A stretch of 64,000 nt of DNA from Candidatus Terraquivivens ruidianensis (GTDB lineage: Archaea > Thermoproteota > Nitrososphaeria_A > Caldarchaeales > Wolframiiraptoraceae): positions 44,334-108,333 of the forward strand of contig JALNLB010000002.1 in assembly GCA_023267885.1 (NCBI GenBank), given 5' to 3'. Each line of letters begins with the position of its first letter. Within the stretch, counting starts at the first letter, position 1. Below are positions 19,531-28,300 of this stretch, one piece after another. The translations under genes were made by a program, and so were the position numbers. Under the pieces are notes generated by a model. It was not told where the DNA came from, did not search any database, and worked only from the letters and a program-made list of their open reading frames with translations.

Positions 19531-21210
19531 CTATCTACACACCGCGCCCTCTGATGCCGATGATGTATACTTTGCGTACCTTGCCAGCGCACCCTTCTTA
19601 TACTTGGGCGCGGGCCTCTTCCAAGATGCAAGCCTTTTCTTTATCTCGTCTTCGTCGAGCTCGACATCCAACCTCTTCAGCTCCGCATCTACCTTTATCC
19701 AATCGCCGTCTCTAACTATCGCTATCGGTCCTCCCTCGAAAGCCTCAGGAGACACGTGTCCAACCATCAGACCTCTAGTAGCGCCCGAGAACCTACCGTC
19801 GGTCACTAAGGCCACGGATTCTCTCATGCCCCTACCCACTATCGCGGACGTAACGCTTAGCATCTCCCTCATGCCAGGACCTCCTTTTGGTCCCTCGTAC
19901 CTTATCACGATAGTATCTCCATCTTTGATGTCTCCTTGCTTAACCGCGATGTAAGCATCTTCCTCACAATCGAAAACCCTTGCAGGTCCTTCATGCTTAA
20001 GTTTCTTTATCCCAGAAATCTTTACTACCGCACCCTCCGGTGCCAAGTTTCCCCTGAGAATTACTATACCTCCAGTTGGACGCACTGGATTCTCAATAGG
20101 CCTTATGATTCCTACGTTCTTAGGCTGGACAAACTCCCTCAGATTCTCCACCAAAGTCTTGCCCGTTATAGTGACGACAGAGCCATCGAGTAAGTCGGCA
20201 TCGAGTAGCTTTTTCATTATGGCTGGAACACCGCCAGCGATATCTAAATCCTGCATTGCGTACTTTCCCCCTGGAATCAGCTCAACGAGTTGCGGCGTCC
20301 TGCTGCTTATTTCATCAAAGTCCTCGAGTGTCAGCTTCAGATCGAGTTCTTTGGCTATCGCCATTAAGTGTAGCACGGCATTCGTCGAGCCGCCTATCGC
20401 CGCATCGACAGCTATTGCGTTCCTGAAGGCTTCATAGGTCATGATGTCGCTGGGTTTCAGGTCGGTCTCCAGAGCTCTCATGACAACCTCACCGGTCTTC
20501 TCAGCCACGTATGCTCTCCTTACGTCAACAGCTGGTATCGTGGAGCTACCCGGTAGGCTCATTCCCAGGGCTTCTATCAGCACGGCCATGGTGTTAGCGG
20601 TGTAAAGGCCAGCGCAGGAGCCAGGTCCGGGACACGCGACGTTCTCAATCGCGCAAAGCTCTTCGAGCGTAAGCTGGCCTTTATGGTAAGCACCCAAAGC
20701 CTCGAAAACATTGCCTATCGCAAACCTTTTACCGTCACGCTCACCCATCAGCATAGGACCTCCATTTATGAAGACCGACGGGAGATTTAGCCTTGCTAGG
20801 GCCATCATCATGCCTGGCTCTATCTTGTCGCAGCTGGCCATCGCCACAACAGCGTCGTACCGATGTGCCATGACCATTAGCTCTACGGAATCCGCTATCA
20901 CATCACGGCTCGGAAGGGATGCTCTCATGCCCTCGTGCGCCATCGCTATGCCGTCGCATATCGCTATTGTGTTAAACTCGAAGGGCATACCGCCTGCGCG
21001 TCTCACGCCTACCTTCACCCTCTCAGCCAACTTGTTTAAGTGTACGTGTCCAGGCACTATCTCGTTCCAGCTGTTCACAATAGCTACGAACGGTCTTGAG
21101 ATTTCATCATCCGTTAAGCCCATGGCTTTAAGTAACGCCCTATGCGGTGCTCGCTCTACACCTTTTGATACTTGTTGGCTTCTGTGCTTTAACCTATCCC
21201 TGTCCAACAC
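19531..21210 (-). CDS. ilvD: Dihydroxy-acid dehydratase
   Basis: Full-length IlvD/Edd pattern: MASCDKIEPGMMMA, GPGSCAGLYTANTM and TDGRFSGATRG. Confidence 0.95.
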   Translation of the reverse strand: MLDRDRLKHRSQQVSKGVERAPHRALLKAMGLTDDEISRPFVAIVNSWNEIVPGHVHLNKLAERVKVGVRRAGGMPFEFNTIAICDGIAMAHEGMRASLPSRDVIADSVELMVMAHRYDAVVAMASCDKIEPGMMMALARLNLPSVFINGGPMLMGERDGKRFAIGNVFEALGAYHKGQLTLEELCAIENVACPGPGSCAGLYTANTMAVLIEALGMSLPGSSTIPAVDVRRAYVAEKTGEVVMRALETDLKPSDIMTYEAFRNAIAVDAAIGGSTNAVLHLMAIAKELDLKLTLEDFDEISSRTPQLVELIPGGKYAMQDLDIAGGVPAIMKKLLDADLLDGSVVTITGKTLVENLREFVQPKNVGIIRPIENPVRPTGGIVILRGNLAPEGAVVKISGIKKLKHEGPARVFDCEEDAYIAVKQGDIKDGDTIVIRYEGPKGGPGMREMLSVTSAIVGRGMRESVALVTDGRFSGATRGLMVGHVSPEAFEGGPIAIVRDGDWIKVDAELKRLDVELDEDEIKKRLASWKRPAPKYKKGALARYAKYTSSASEGAVCR

Positions 21211-21225
21211 AAAAACCCTTCAGAA

Positions 21226-22272
21226 CTAAGCTTTCTCAATTGATATAACGTTTGAGGGTGTTCTTGTAAGCCTGTTAAAGGCTACTTCGGCCATTATCTT
21301 ACAACAACGTGCTATGAAACTGAAGCCCCAAACTATAGTCCTAAGGGACGATAGGAGTCTTCCATCATTTGCCATCAGCAGTATATCTTCAGCCAACCTG
21401 TTTTGGTGCTCTAACACGTGTAATATGCTCTTAAAGACGTCGTTTAACAGCTCTACATCGAGACTGAAGAGCGCCTTCATGGTCTTGCCAAAGAGTGTCT
21501 GGACCATCGTACCGAGCTCCTCTATCCTTTTAGTAATCTCAGGACCTATCCTGGTGGATGACTTTCTTAGAGAACTTAACTCTTTCGCAATATCCTCAAT
21601 CATGTCACTTATATCTTCAAGTGCTTTTGCTATGAGCCTCGCACCTGCCGCATAGATTGGGCTGTCTATACCAAGACTCATGCCGAGGTGCCATCTACGT
21701 AACGCTAGAAACAACTGTCTGATTATTAAGAAGTACAGCTCATCCACTTTGCTCTCTTGTCTGACTATCTCCTCAACGTTCCCGAACGTGCCTTCGGGTA
21801 TTGAAGAAACAACTTGGTTAAGCATTGACGTCACCATTACCTGCAACCTTTTCAGCAGACCTTCGATAGGAAATTTTGACGGGTCGATGAAGCTTTGGAT
21901 GATTATCCTCCTGTAGGTCTGTTCTACTATCTCGAAGCCGGGTAACCTATCAACCGTTGCCTGCACTTCGTTAATAACGTTTGTCGTCAGGGCATTCGTC
22001 GAGGTTATCTTTACAACATCTGCTCCTTGCATGTATGCGCCTATTATCAGCCTCGTCAGCATGCCGTTAGAGCTACAAAGGTCGTAGTTGATGGTAAATT
22101 TGGTTTCTTCTGCCTTGACCTCGCCCACGTCTAGGCGCAAAGAGCCGTCCTCGTTCTCTATGAGCGTAACCCTATCTCCAACCTTTAAGCCCTTTTTTAT
22201 CACCCACTTCTTAGGTAATGAGACTGTTAGGGTTGCGGCGCCTACCCTCTGTAGTTTCCTTATCTCAAGCAT
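21226..22272 (-). CDS. PhoU-domain regulator with N-terminal SpoVT/AbrB domain
   Basis: N-terminal swapped-hairpin motif LTVSLPKKWVIKKGLKVGDRVTL, followed by two PhoU-like helical repeats. Confidence 0.78.
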   Translation of the reverse strand: MLEIRKLQRVGAATLTVSLPKKWVIKKGLKVGDRVTLIENEDGSLRLDVGEVKAEETKFTINYDLCSSNGMLTRLIIGAYMQGADVVKITSTNALTTNVINEVQATVDRLPGFEIVEQTYRRIIIQSFIDPSKFPIEGLLKRLQVMVTSMLNQVVSSIPEGTFGNVEEIVRQESKVDELYFLIIRQLFLALRRWHLGMSLGIDSPIYAAGARLIAKALEDISDMIEDIAKELSSLRKSSTRIGPEITKRIEELGTMVQTLFGKTMKALFSLDVELLNDVFKSILHVLEHQNRLAEDILLMANDGRLLSSLRTIVWGFSFIARCCKIMAEVAFNRLTRTPSNVISIEKA

Positions 22273-22349
22273 ACCTTTTTTATATATACAAAAATTACTA
22301 TATATAGATAATGTTTAATAATCGTAATTTTTACAATTTTTTGATAAAA

Positions 22350-22547
22350 ATGAGCGCGATGAAAAAAGTCAGGAGAAGTTACGCAAACGGTTACAAGTAC
22401 TGCTCAAGGTGTAGGGTGTACCATCTTACGGATAAGGTCAGGTGTCCTTATTGCGGGACCCTGCTGAGGAACTCGCCGAGGAAGAAGAAGCAGAGCAGCA
22501 ACGAGAAGTACGTTGAGGTACCTGCCGAGATACTCCTGACCGTCTAA
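22350..22547 (+). CDS. Small basic zinc-ribbon protein (65 aa)
   Basis: CSRC..x17..CPYC four-cysteine ribbon and a Lys/Arg-rich tail. The start is taken at ATG 22350. Confidence 0.5.
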   Translation: MSAMKKVRRSYANGYKYCSRCRVYHLTDKVRCPYCGTLLRNSPRKKKQSSNEKYVEVPAEILLTV

Positions 22548-22605
22548 CCTTAAGGTGTTTTTGAGTAACTTTAAGGTTATATCGCTGATGTTTCATCAAG
22601 CATCT

Positions 22606-23769
22606 ATGGATGCCCATATAGATAGAGAATTCCTGATAAGCTTGGCTTCTGCGCTCGTGAGAATAAACACGGAGAACCCGCCCGGAAGGGAACTGGAGGC
22701 CGCCAGCTTTCTGGCAGAGCGGCTTGCGGACCTTGGTATAAAATCCACGGTAGATAGGCTGGATGGTGTTCGGGCGAACGCCGTCTGTATCTTAGAAGGT
22801 GGTGATGCAGGACCCACCCTGCTTTTCAATTCCCACCTCGATACCGTACCAGCCGGCGAGCGGGATGGGTGGCAGGTAGAACCTCTCGGCGGTTTTATTA
22901 AAGAAGATAGGTTATACGGCAGGGGTTCGGCCGATGCGAAGGGCTCAATCGCAGCTATGGCCGCAAGCCTGAAGGCCCTCATCGATGTTCGGGATAGGAT
23001 AAGGGGTAAGGTTGTGCTGGCGGCAGTTGCTGACGAGGAGGTCGCTGGTATGGGTACTAAGGCACTCCTGTCAAAGTACGGCAAGTTTGACTTTGCGGTT
23101 GTAGGCGAGCCGACGGGCTTAAGGGTCTGCACAGCCCACAAGGGCAGGCTGGAGATAAAAGTCAGGATAAGGGGCAGGCCAGCGCATGCCAGCATGCCCC
23201 AAGAGGGGGTTAACGCCATACTTGCTGCTGCTTCTTATTGTAACGAGTTAGAGCAAATGGCTGATTCGCTATCGAGAACTAGGGGGCATCCTTTGGTTGG
23301 CAAGCCGACAGTGGCCGTTACCATGATAAGCGGTGGCATAAAGCCTAACGTTATCCCCGACGAGTGTGTGCTGACGGTAGATAGGAGGTTAATCCCTGGT
23401 GAGAGGCCTGATGCTGTGAAGATTTCTTTTGAGGAGCTGGCGTCTAAAGTGATGGCGACAAGACTTGGTACAGAGTTCTCGATCTCTATCGTGCAACACC
23501 ACAGGGCTACCGAAGTCAGCACTTCTGAGCCAATAACACAGGTGGCCTTAGAGGCTGTTTCGAGGGTGCTTAAAGTTAAAGCGGAACCATATGGTCTTCC
23601 AGCCTACACAGACCTTGGGTGGATAGTCGCTGCTGGAACGCCTGGTGTTGTGCTAGGACCTGGTGAGCTTTCCCAAGCACACTCATACAACGAGAACGTG
23701 CCAATCAGCGAACTCGGGGCGGCTGCTGAAATTTACTACGAGATAGCCCTCAGGCTTTTGGGCAGGTAG
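22606..23769 (+). CDS. M20 family metallopeptidase (ArgE/DapE/LysK-like deacylase)
   Basis: Motifs NSHLDTVP, GRGSADAKGS and ADEEVAGMG. The start is uncertain (GTG 22555, ATG 22588 or ATG 22606). Confidence 0.85.
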   Translation: MDAHIDREFLISLASALVRINTENPPGRELEAASFLAERLADLGIKSTVDRLDGVRANAVCILEGGDAGPTLLFNSHLDTVPAGERDGWQVEPLGGFIKEDRLYGRGSADAKGSIAAMAASLKALIDVRDRIRGKVVLAAVADEEVAGMGTKALLSKYGKFDFAVVGEPTGLRVCTAHKGRLEIKVRIRGRPAHASMPQEGVNAILAAASYCNELEQMADSLSRTRGHPLVGKPTVAVTMISGGIKPNVIPDECVLTVDRRLIPGERPDAVKISFEELASKVMATRLGTEFSISIVQHHRATEVSTSEPITQVALEAVSRVLKVKAEPYGLPAYTDLGWIVAAGTPGVVLGPGELSQAHSYNENVPISELGAAAEIYYEIALRLLGR

Positions 23770-23952
23770 GAACGGAATATTTTTTAAGTCATATCTTGAT
23801 AAGCTACGTTTAACAAACCGATGGATGAGTATGGTCATGCTTATCTTTTACCGTAGAGTATGTTATAGTAGTATGCCTGAAATCGATAGCGCAGGCGGGG
23901 TTGATGTGGGGTTATGCCCGCTGCTTTCAGTAAGGTCTATCGGGGCTCTCGT

Positions 23953-25119
23953 ATGAGTTTGATAGAATATTTCGACGAGCTTAAAAGGGCCAGCGAGCTC
24001 CTTAGGTCTTCAGCCAACAGGGTCCTCGTTATTCACCATGATGATGCCGATGGAATATGCTCGGCGGCGATTGCATTATTGGCCTTTGAGTCTTTAGGTA
24101 TTAAGACAGACAGGGTTTGTGTCGAGAAGCTACATCCTACGATAGTATCTAAGATTCATAGTAGCGACTATGATGCTTACGTTTACACGGACATAGGCTC
24201 AGGAAAGGCCGAGCTAATAGAGAAATTAGCTGGAGATAAGCCCGTTGTAATCCTAGACCACCACGACCCCGTTATGGTTAGCAAGCCTAATGTTCTGAAC
24301 CTAAACCCGGAACTTTACGGCTTTAGCGGTGAGAGGGACGTAAGCGGTGCGACCGCCACGTATCTTTTTGCGGATAAGCTTGCAGACGTTAAGCAACTTG
24401 CATGGGCAGCCGTCGTAGGTTCGGCGGAGCTTGGCGGAAGTTTAACGTCGTTGAACAGAATACCGCTCGAGCATGCAGTTAAGCTCGGCGATGTTGAGGT
24501 TAGAGAATCCGCAGGAAGGGAAAGGTATTATGTGATACCTTTCAGAGAGGTATGGGACAAATTATCGGCGAAGTTGACGATACTCGGGAGCGTAGGCTAT
24601 TACGCTGATGGTCCCAAGAAGGCAGTGGACTCCTGTATCAGAAAGGAGTTGAACGAGGGCGAAATAGAGAGGCTAGAAGAATACAGAAAGCAGGTTTTCA
24701 GCAAGGTCATGGCCGAATTAAGGAGACATGGCATTGCTCATAGTGAGAAGATTCAGTGGTTCTCCGTCGGCGATAGCTTTGCAGGCATGGGAACCAAGGT
24801 CTTAGGAACGTTCACATCCATCTTGGCCTACCGAGGATTCGTTGACCAAAGAAAGTATCTCGTTGGTTTCATGAATTTCCCGCGAACAATTCCTGGACTG
24901 GGCGAGATAGAGGGTAACTGGACTAAGCTCTCCGCGAGGGCACCGAAATTGCTGGCAGAACTCATAAGCAAGGAGGCGGCGTCTTCCGTATCAAGGTTGA
25001 TCGTAGAGGCGACAAGCTATGTCGGAGGGTATGGTGATGGGCATTCGACCGCTGCCTCGGGCTTGATACCTAGCGGTACTGAAGAGGATTTTTTGAAAAA
25101 AATGGAAGAACTTGCATAA
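23953..25119 (+). CDS. DHH-family phosphoesterase, RecJ/Cdc45(GAN)-like
   Basis: DHH motif I is HHDDADGICSAA and motif III is VILDHHDP. The start is taken at ATG 23953. Confidence 0.72.
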   Translation: MSLIEYFDELKRASELLRSSANRVLVIHHDDADGICSAAIALLAFESLGIKTDRVCVEKLHPTIVSKIHSSDYDAYVYTDIGSGKAELIEKLAGDKPVVILDHHDPVMVSKPNVLNLNPELYGFSGERDVSGATATYLFADKLADVKQLAWAAVVGSAELGGSLTSLNRIPLEHAVKLGDVEVRESAGRERYYVIPFREVWDKLSAKLTILGSVGYYADGPKKAVDSCIRKELNEGEIERLEEYRKQVFSKVMAELRRHGIAHSEKIQWFSVGDSFAGMGTKVLGTFTSILAYRGFVDQRKYLVGFMNFPRTIPGLGEIEGNWTKLSARAPKLLAELISKEAASSVSRLIVEATSYVGGYGDGHSTAASGLIPSGTEEDFLKKMEELA

Positions 25120-25154
25120 ATAAAAAGGTAATTTACTTTTTCTTCCTACATCCC

Positions 25155-25180
25155 GAGCGCTTTTTCTTTGAGCGCTTTTT
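25155..25180 (+). terminator. Tandem oligo-T terminator signals after the DHH gene
   Basis: Two copies of GAGCGCTTTTT lie 4 nt apart, 36 nt after the stop codon, with a further T5 run at about 25136. Oligo-T tracts are the archaeal termination signal. Confidence 0.4.
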
Positions 25181-25246
25181 GGCCTTAACCAATTCTGTTC
25201 AAATATTCATAGTAGGAATAAGTATATAACTTTTAACCATAGGTGA

Positions 25247-25375
25247 TTACCACTTTCTTCTATCACCCTCTAGCAATCCTTTGCCTATGTGAATTCTATC
25301 TATGTGCTTCGAGAGCTCTTCTTCCGTGTCGAAGGATTGCTCACAGTAAGGGCATCGGTACTTTTTCTGTACCAT
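25247..25375 (-). CDS. Small C2H2 zinc-finger protein (42 aa), absent from the ORF track
   Basis: My hand translation gives MVQKKYRCPYCEQSFDTEEELSKHIDRIHIGKGLLEGDRRKW, a canonical C-x2-C-x12-H-x4-H finger with the conserved F and L. A TATA-like TTTATAGA (25409-25402, minus strand) is centred about 26 nt upstream of a TSS predicted 4 nt before the ATG. Confidence 0.65.
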   Translation of the reverse strand: MVQKKYRCPYCEQSFDTEEELSKHIDRIHIGKGLLEGDRRKW

Positions 25376-25410
25376 ACATTTTATTGCTATGCTTGAAGTG
25401 GTCTATAAAG

Positions 25411-25914
25411 CTATCTGCGTTTAAACATGAATATGCCACCAGCCTTGATTATCTCCATCACAAGCTCTGGTATGGGTCGCATGTTATAAACTTCAACCTT
25501 TGTCAGATTCCTAATAACACCTTTTAATACATCGACCTCTATTTCATCGTCGTCGGATAACTTCTCGTAAATCTTCTCATCTATCTCGATAGGTATGAGG
25601 TGGCCTCCGTCGATGGCATTTCTGTAGAATATTCTGGCAAAAGATTTTGCTAAGACTGCCTTGATGCCAGAGTATCTAAGGGCGATTGGTGCGTGTTCTC
25701 TGCTAGAGCCGCAACCAAAGTTCTTACCTGCAACGACGAAGTCTCCTGGCTTGACCTTCGTGACGAAGTTTGGGTCTATGCCCTCCATAGTGTGCTCGGC
25801 GAGCTTCTTTGGGTCCATCTCCTTTAGGAACCTTCCCGGTATTATACTGTCGGTATCCACATTATCGCCGTACTTATGGACGCGACCTCTCAATATCCCT
25901 TCCAAACTACTCAC
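25411..25914 (-). CDS. leuD: 3-isopropylmalate (or homoaconitate) dehydratase small subunit
   Basis: GDNVDTDSIIPGRFL and GKNFGCGSSREHAP. The gene overlaps the leuC stop by 4 nt. Confidence 0.9.
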   Translation of the reverse strand: MSSLEGILRGRVHKYGDNVDTDSIIPGRFLKEMDPKKLAEHTMEGIDPNFVTKVKPGDFVVAGKNFGCGSSREHAPIALRYSGIKAVLAKSFARIFYRNAIDGGHLIPIEIDEKIYEKLSDDDEIEVDVLKGVIRNLTKVEVYNMRPIPELVMEIIKAGGIFMFKRR

Positions 25915-27191
25915 CCGCTTAGGTCTCTAGGGTCAGTTATCTTACCGGTTACGGCAGTTGCCGCAGCCGTTAAGGGCGATGCCAAGTATGTCCTGGATTC
26001 TCTGTCGCCCATCCTACCAGGAAAGTTCCTGTTGGTCGTCGAGATGCAAACCTCACCCTTCCTAAGCACTCCCATATGACCCCCGAAACAAAGACCACAT
26101 GTCGGTGCGCCGACCAGGGCACCAGACTGTAGGAATATCTCTATCAGCCCTTCTCTTAGGGCTTGCATGTATATTCTTTGGGTTGCAGGAACTATCTCCG
26201 TCCTAACCTTCACCCTCCTCCCCTTCAGAACGCTTGCCGCCATCCTCAAATCCGTCAGTTTGCCTCCTGTACACGAGCCGATGTAGACCCTGTCAACTTC
26301 CACATCGCTGAGTTCCCTTGCAGATGATACGTTTCCAGGAGAATAAGGCTTTGCGACAAGAGGTTCGATGGTCATTGCATTTATCTCGTAAATCTCAGAG
26401 AATTCGGCATTCTCATCGCCGTAAACGGGCTTTAGCGGTGAGTCTGTCCTGCTCCTGAGATATTGAAGCAGGCGCTCGTCTGGCTCGATTATGGCATTCT
26501 TGGCTCCGGCCTCCGTCGACATGTTGGTTAGGGTAGCCCTCTCGTCTATATCCATTGCCTTGATAGCTGAGCCGGAAAACTGCATCGCCTTATAGTTGGC
26601 TCCGTCCGTTCCAATATCGCGTATTATGGCAAGCGACAAATCTTTAGCCGTAGAGTAAGACGGAAGCTCTCCGTCAACCCTGAACAACAGAGTTTCAGGG
26701 ACTCTAAACCAAGTTTTTCCATGGACAAGCACGTATGCGATGTCTGTGTGGCCCAAGCCTGCGGCGAATGCGCCAACTACTCCCGTCGTATTCGTGTGCG
26801 AGTCCGTGCCTACGTACACTTCACCGGGCAAGACCAACGCTTCCTCGTAAGAAAGAGTATGGCAGATGCCGTACTGACCTATGCCGTATCTGAAGTGCTT
26901 GCGTATTCCGTACTTTTTGGCAAAATCTTCTAGTATCTTTATGTTTTCGGAAGATTGCCTATCTATTGGGGGGACAAAGTGGTCCTCGGCCAGCCACACC
27001 CTATCTGGGTCCCATATCTTGTTAACCTCACCTATGATGGGTTTCAATTCCTGAAATACCGTCCAGACACCTGGACCTCCGACGTCGTGCATCATAACTT
27101 TGTCAACGTTAGCGAATACCACGTCGCCTGGGCTTACGATACGCTTCTCGCTTGCCCTAGCCAGTATCTTCTCAGTAATCGTCATGCCCAT
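25911..27191 (-). CDS. leuC: 3-isopropylmalate (or homoaconitate) dehydratase large subunit
   Basis: Aconitase-family motifs GTDSHT, IGSCTGG, PTCGLCFG and NRNFPGRMG. Confidence 0.9.
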   Translation of the reverse strand: MGMTITEKILARASEKRIVSPGDVVFANVDKVMMHDVGGPGVWTVFQELKPIIGEVNKIWDPDRVWLAEDHFVPPIDRQSSENIKILEDFAKKYGIRKHFRYGIGQYGICHTLSYEEALVLPGEVYVGTDSHTNTTGVVGAFAAGLGHTDIAYVLVHGKTWFRVPETLLFRVDGELPSYSTAKDLSLAIIRDIGTDGANYKAMQFSGSAIKAMDIDERATLTNMSTEAGAKNAIIEPDERLLQYLRSRTDSPLKPVYGDENAEFSEIYEINAMTIEPLVAKPYSPGNVSSARELSDVEVDRVYIGSCTGGKLTDLRMAASVLKGRRVKVRTEIVPATQRIYMQALREGLIEIFLQSGALVGAPTCGLCFGGHMGVLRKGEVCISTTNRNFPGRMGDRESRTYLASPLTAAATAVTGKITDPRDLSG

Positions 27192-27253
27192 CTTACAAAC
27201 CTCCTTTTGAATGGTGAGCGTATGAACGACCTAGTTAAATTTTACCTTATTTC

Positions 27254-27291
27254 AAAAAAATTGGATGTAATCCGTCCTTTATTAGGACGGA
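27254..27291 (-). terminator. Hairpin plus U7 tract downstream of mdh
   Basis: On the minus strand, a 7-bp stem (TCCGTCC / GGACGGA, 27271-27291) begins 5 nt after the mdh stop. A T7 run follows 10 nt later (27260-27254). Confidence 0.45.
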
Positions 27292-27295
27292 CTTC

Positions 27296-28264
27296 TCAGA
27301 ACTTAAGCTGGGATATTGCCGACTTAACTGTTTCGACGCTCCTAAAGAATGCAGCCCTCTCTTCGTCATTTAAAGGAAGCTCTATGATTTTCTCAACACC
27401 GTTCTTACCGAGCATAGCTGGAACGACTAGGCAGACGTCTGATGCACCGTACTCTCCCTGCAAGTATGTTGAGACGGGCATGACGGCCTTTGTATCCTTC
27501 ATGACGGCGTCCGCCATCTCGGCTACGCCCGCGCCAACGGCATGAGATGCTGACCACTTTTTCAGCTTTATGATCTCGGCTCCCATCTTCTTCGTGCGCT
27601 CGATTATCTGTTGGATTTTCTCCTTCGGAATTAAGGATTCTAACGGAACACCGCCAACGGTCGTAAAGCGGGGTAGAAGGACCATCGTGTCTCCATGCTC
27701 ACCGATTATAGTCGTGTAAATTGTTGAGGCTGCGACACCCAACTCTTTGGCTATCAGGCTCTTGTATCTTGCAGTATCAAGCAAGCCGCTGAACCCGAAT
27801 ACCCTATTCCTCTCAAAACCCGTGGTCTTATATGCAAGGTATGTCATAGCGTCGAGTGGGTTTGTTACTATGATAACTTTTGAGTTAGGCGCATACTCCT
27901 TAATACCTTTCGAGACAGCTTTTATAACCTCTGAGTTCTTATGAAGGAGGTCCAGCCTACTCATGTCGGCCGTTCTTATGAATCCTGCGGGAACTATCAC
28001 GAGTTCGGACCCGCTCATGTCCTTATAGTCATTCGAGCCCGAGACGTCTATGTCAATACCCATTGTGGTACACATGTGAGTTAGGTCTAAGGCCTCTCCT
28101 TGTGGCAAACCTTCAACTATGTCTATCAGCATGAGGTCGTCCAGTCCTTTGATAGCTAAATGAATCGCTATTGCGATGCCAACCCTTCCAGTACCTACTA
28201 TCGTTATCATAGAGATGCAAATTTTTATATAACTATCTGTGTTAAAAAGTTTGCGTATTTGCAT
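27296..28264 (-). CDS. mdh: Malate dehydrogenase (LDH-like family)
   Basis: IVGTGRVG Rossmann motif, PAGFIRTADMSRLDLL with Arg at the substrate-discriminating position, and IGEHGDTMV. The start is either ATG 28264, which fits an upstream TATA-like ATTATTTAAC, or ATG 28210, directly before the Rossmann motif. Confidence 0.9.
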   Translation of the reverse strand: MQIRKLFNTDSYIKICISMITIVGTGRVGIAIAIHLAIKGLDDLMLIDIVEGLPQGEALDLTHMCTTMGIDIDVSGSNDYKDMSGSELVIVPAGFIRTADMSRLDLLHKNSEVIKAVSKGIKEYAPNSKVIIVTNPLDAMTYLAYKTTGFERNRVFGFSGLLDTARYKSLIAKELGVAASTIYTTIIGEHGDTMVLLPRFTTVGGVPLESLIPKEKIQQIIERTKKMGAEIIKLKKWSASHAVGAGVAEMADAVMKDTKAVMPVSTYLQGEYGASDVCLVVPAMLGKNGVEKIIELPLNDEERAAFFRSVETVKSAISQLKF

Positions 28265-28300
28265 CGAGATTATTCATGGTTAAATAATCGCACTAAGTTT

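Noticed and set aside
19446-19631. The N-terminal 62 codons of the 543-aa ORF-track version of the aminotransferase
   Set aside because: This extension overlaps the 3' end of ilvD and is Arg/His/Ile-rich with no aminotransferase homology. The internal ATG at 19445 is preceded by GAGGAGG and gives a normal-length enzyme.
22596-23219. A 207-aa minus-strand ORF
   Set aside because: It is antisense to the well-supported M20 peptidase gene, has Ser/Ala/Pro-rich composition and carries no motifs. I treat it as a shadow ORF.
23821-23880. A possible C/D box sRNA (ATGGATGA ... CTGA about 55 nt apart) upstream of the DHH gene
   Set aside because: The C box deviates from RUGAUGA (GGAUGA). There are no C'/D' boxes and no terminal stem, and the region is more simply a promoter/5' region. 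I did not find an exact TGATGA hexamer in the intergenic gaps I examined by eye.
25155-25180. The direct repeat GAGCGCTTTTT x2, considered as a mini-repeat or CRISPR-like element
   Set aside because: There are only two 11-nt copies 4 nt apart, directly after a stop codon. Tandem oligo-T terminators explain them adequately.
25243-25527. A 94-aa plus-strand ORF in the DHH/leuD intergenic region
   Set aside because: It overlaps the leuD 3' end and is Cys/Leu/Phe-rich with no motifs. The opposite strand encodes a textbook C2H2 finger with its own promoter, which explains the open frame better.
26955-27545. A 196-aa plus-strand ORF
   Set aside because: It runs antisense across the leuC 5' end, the intergenic terminator/promoter region and the mdh 3' end. 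No real gene would be expected to span those elements, and it has no motifs.
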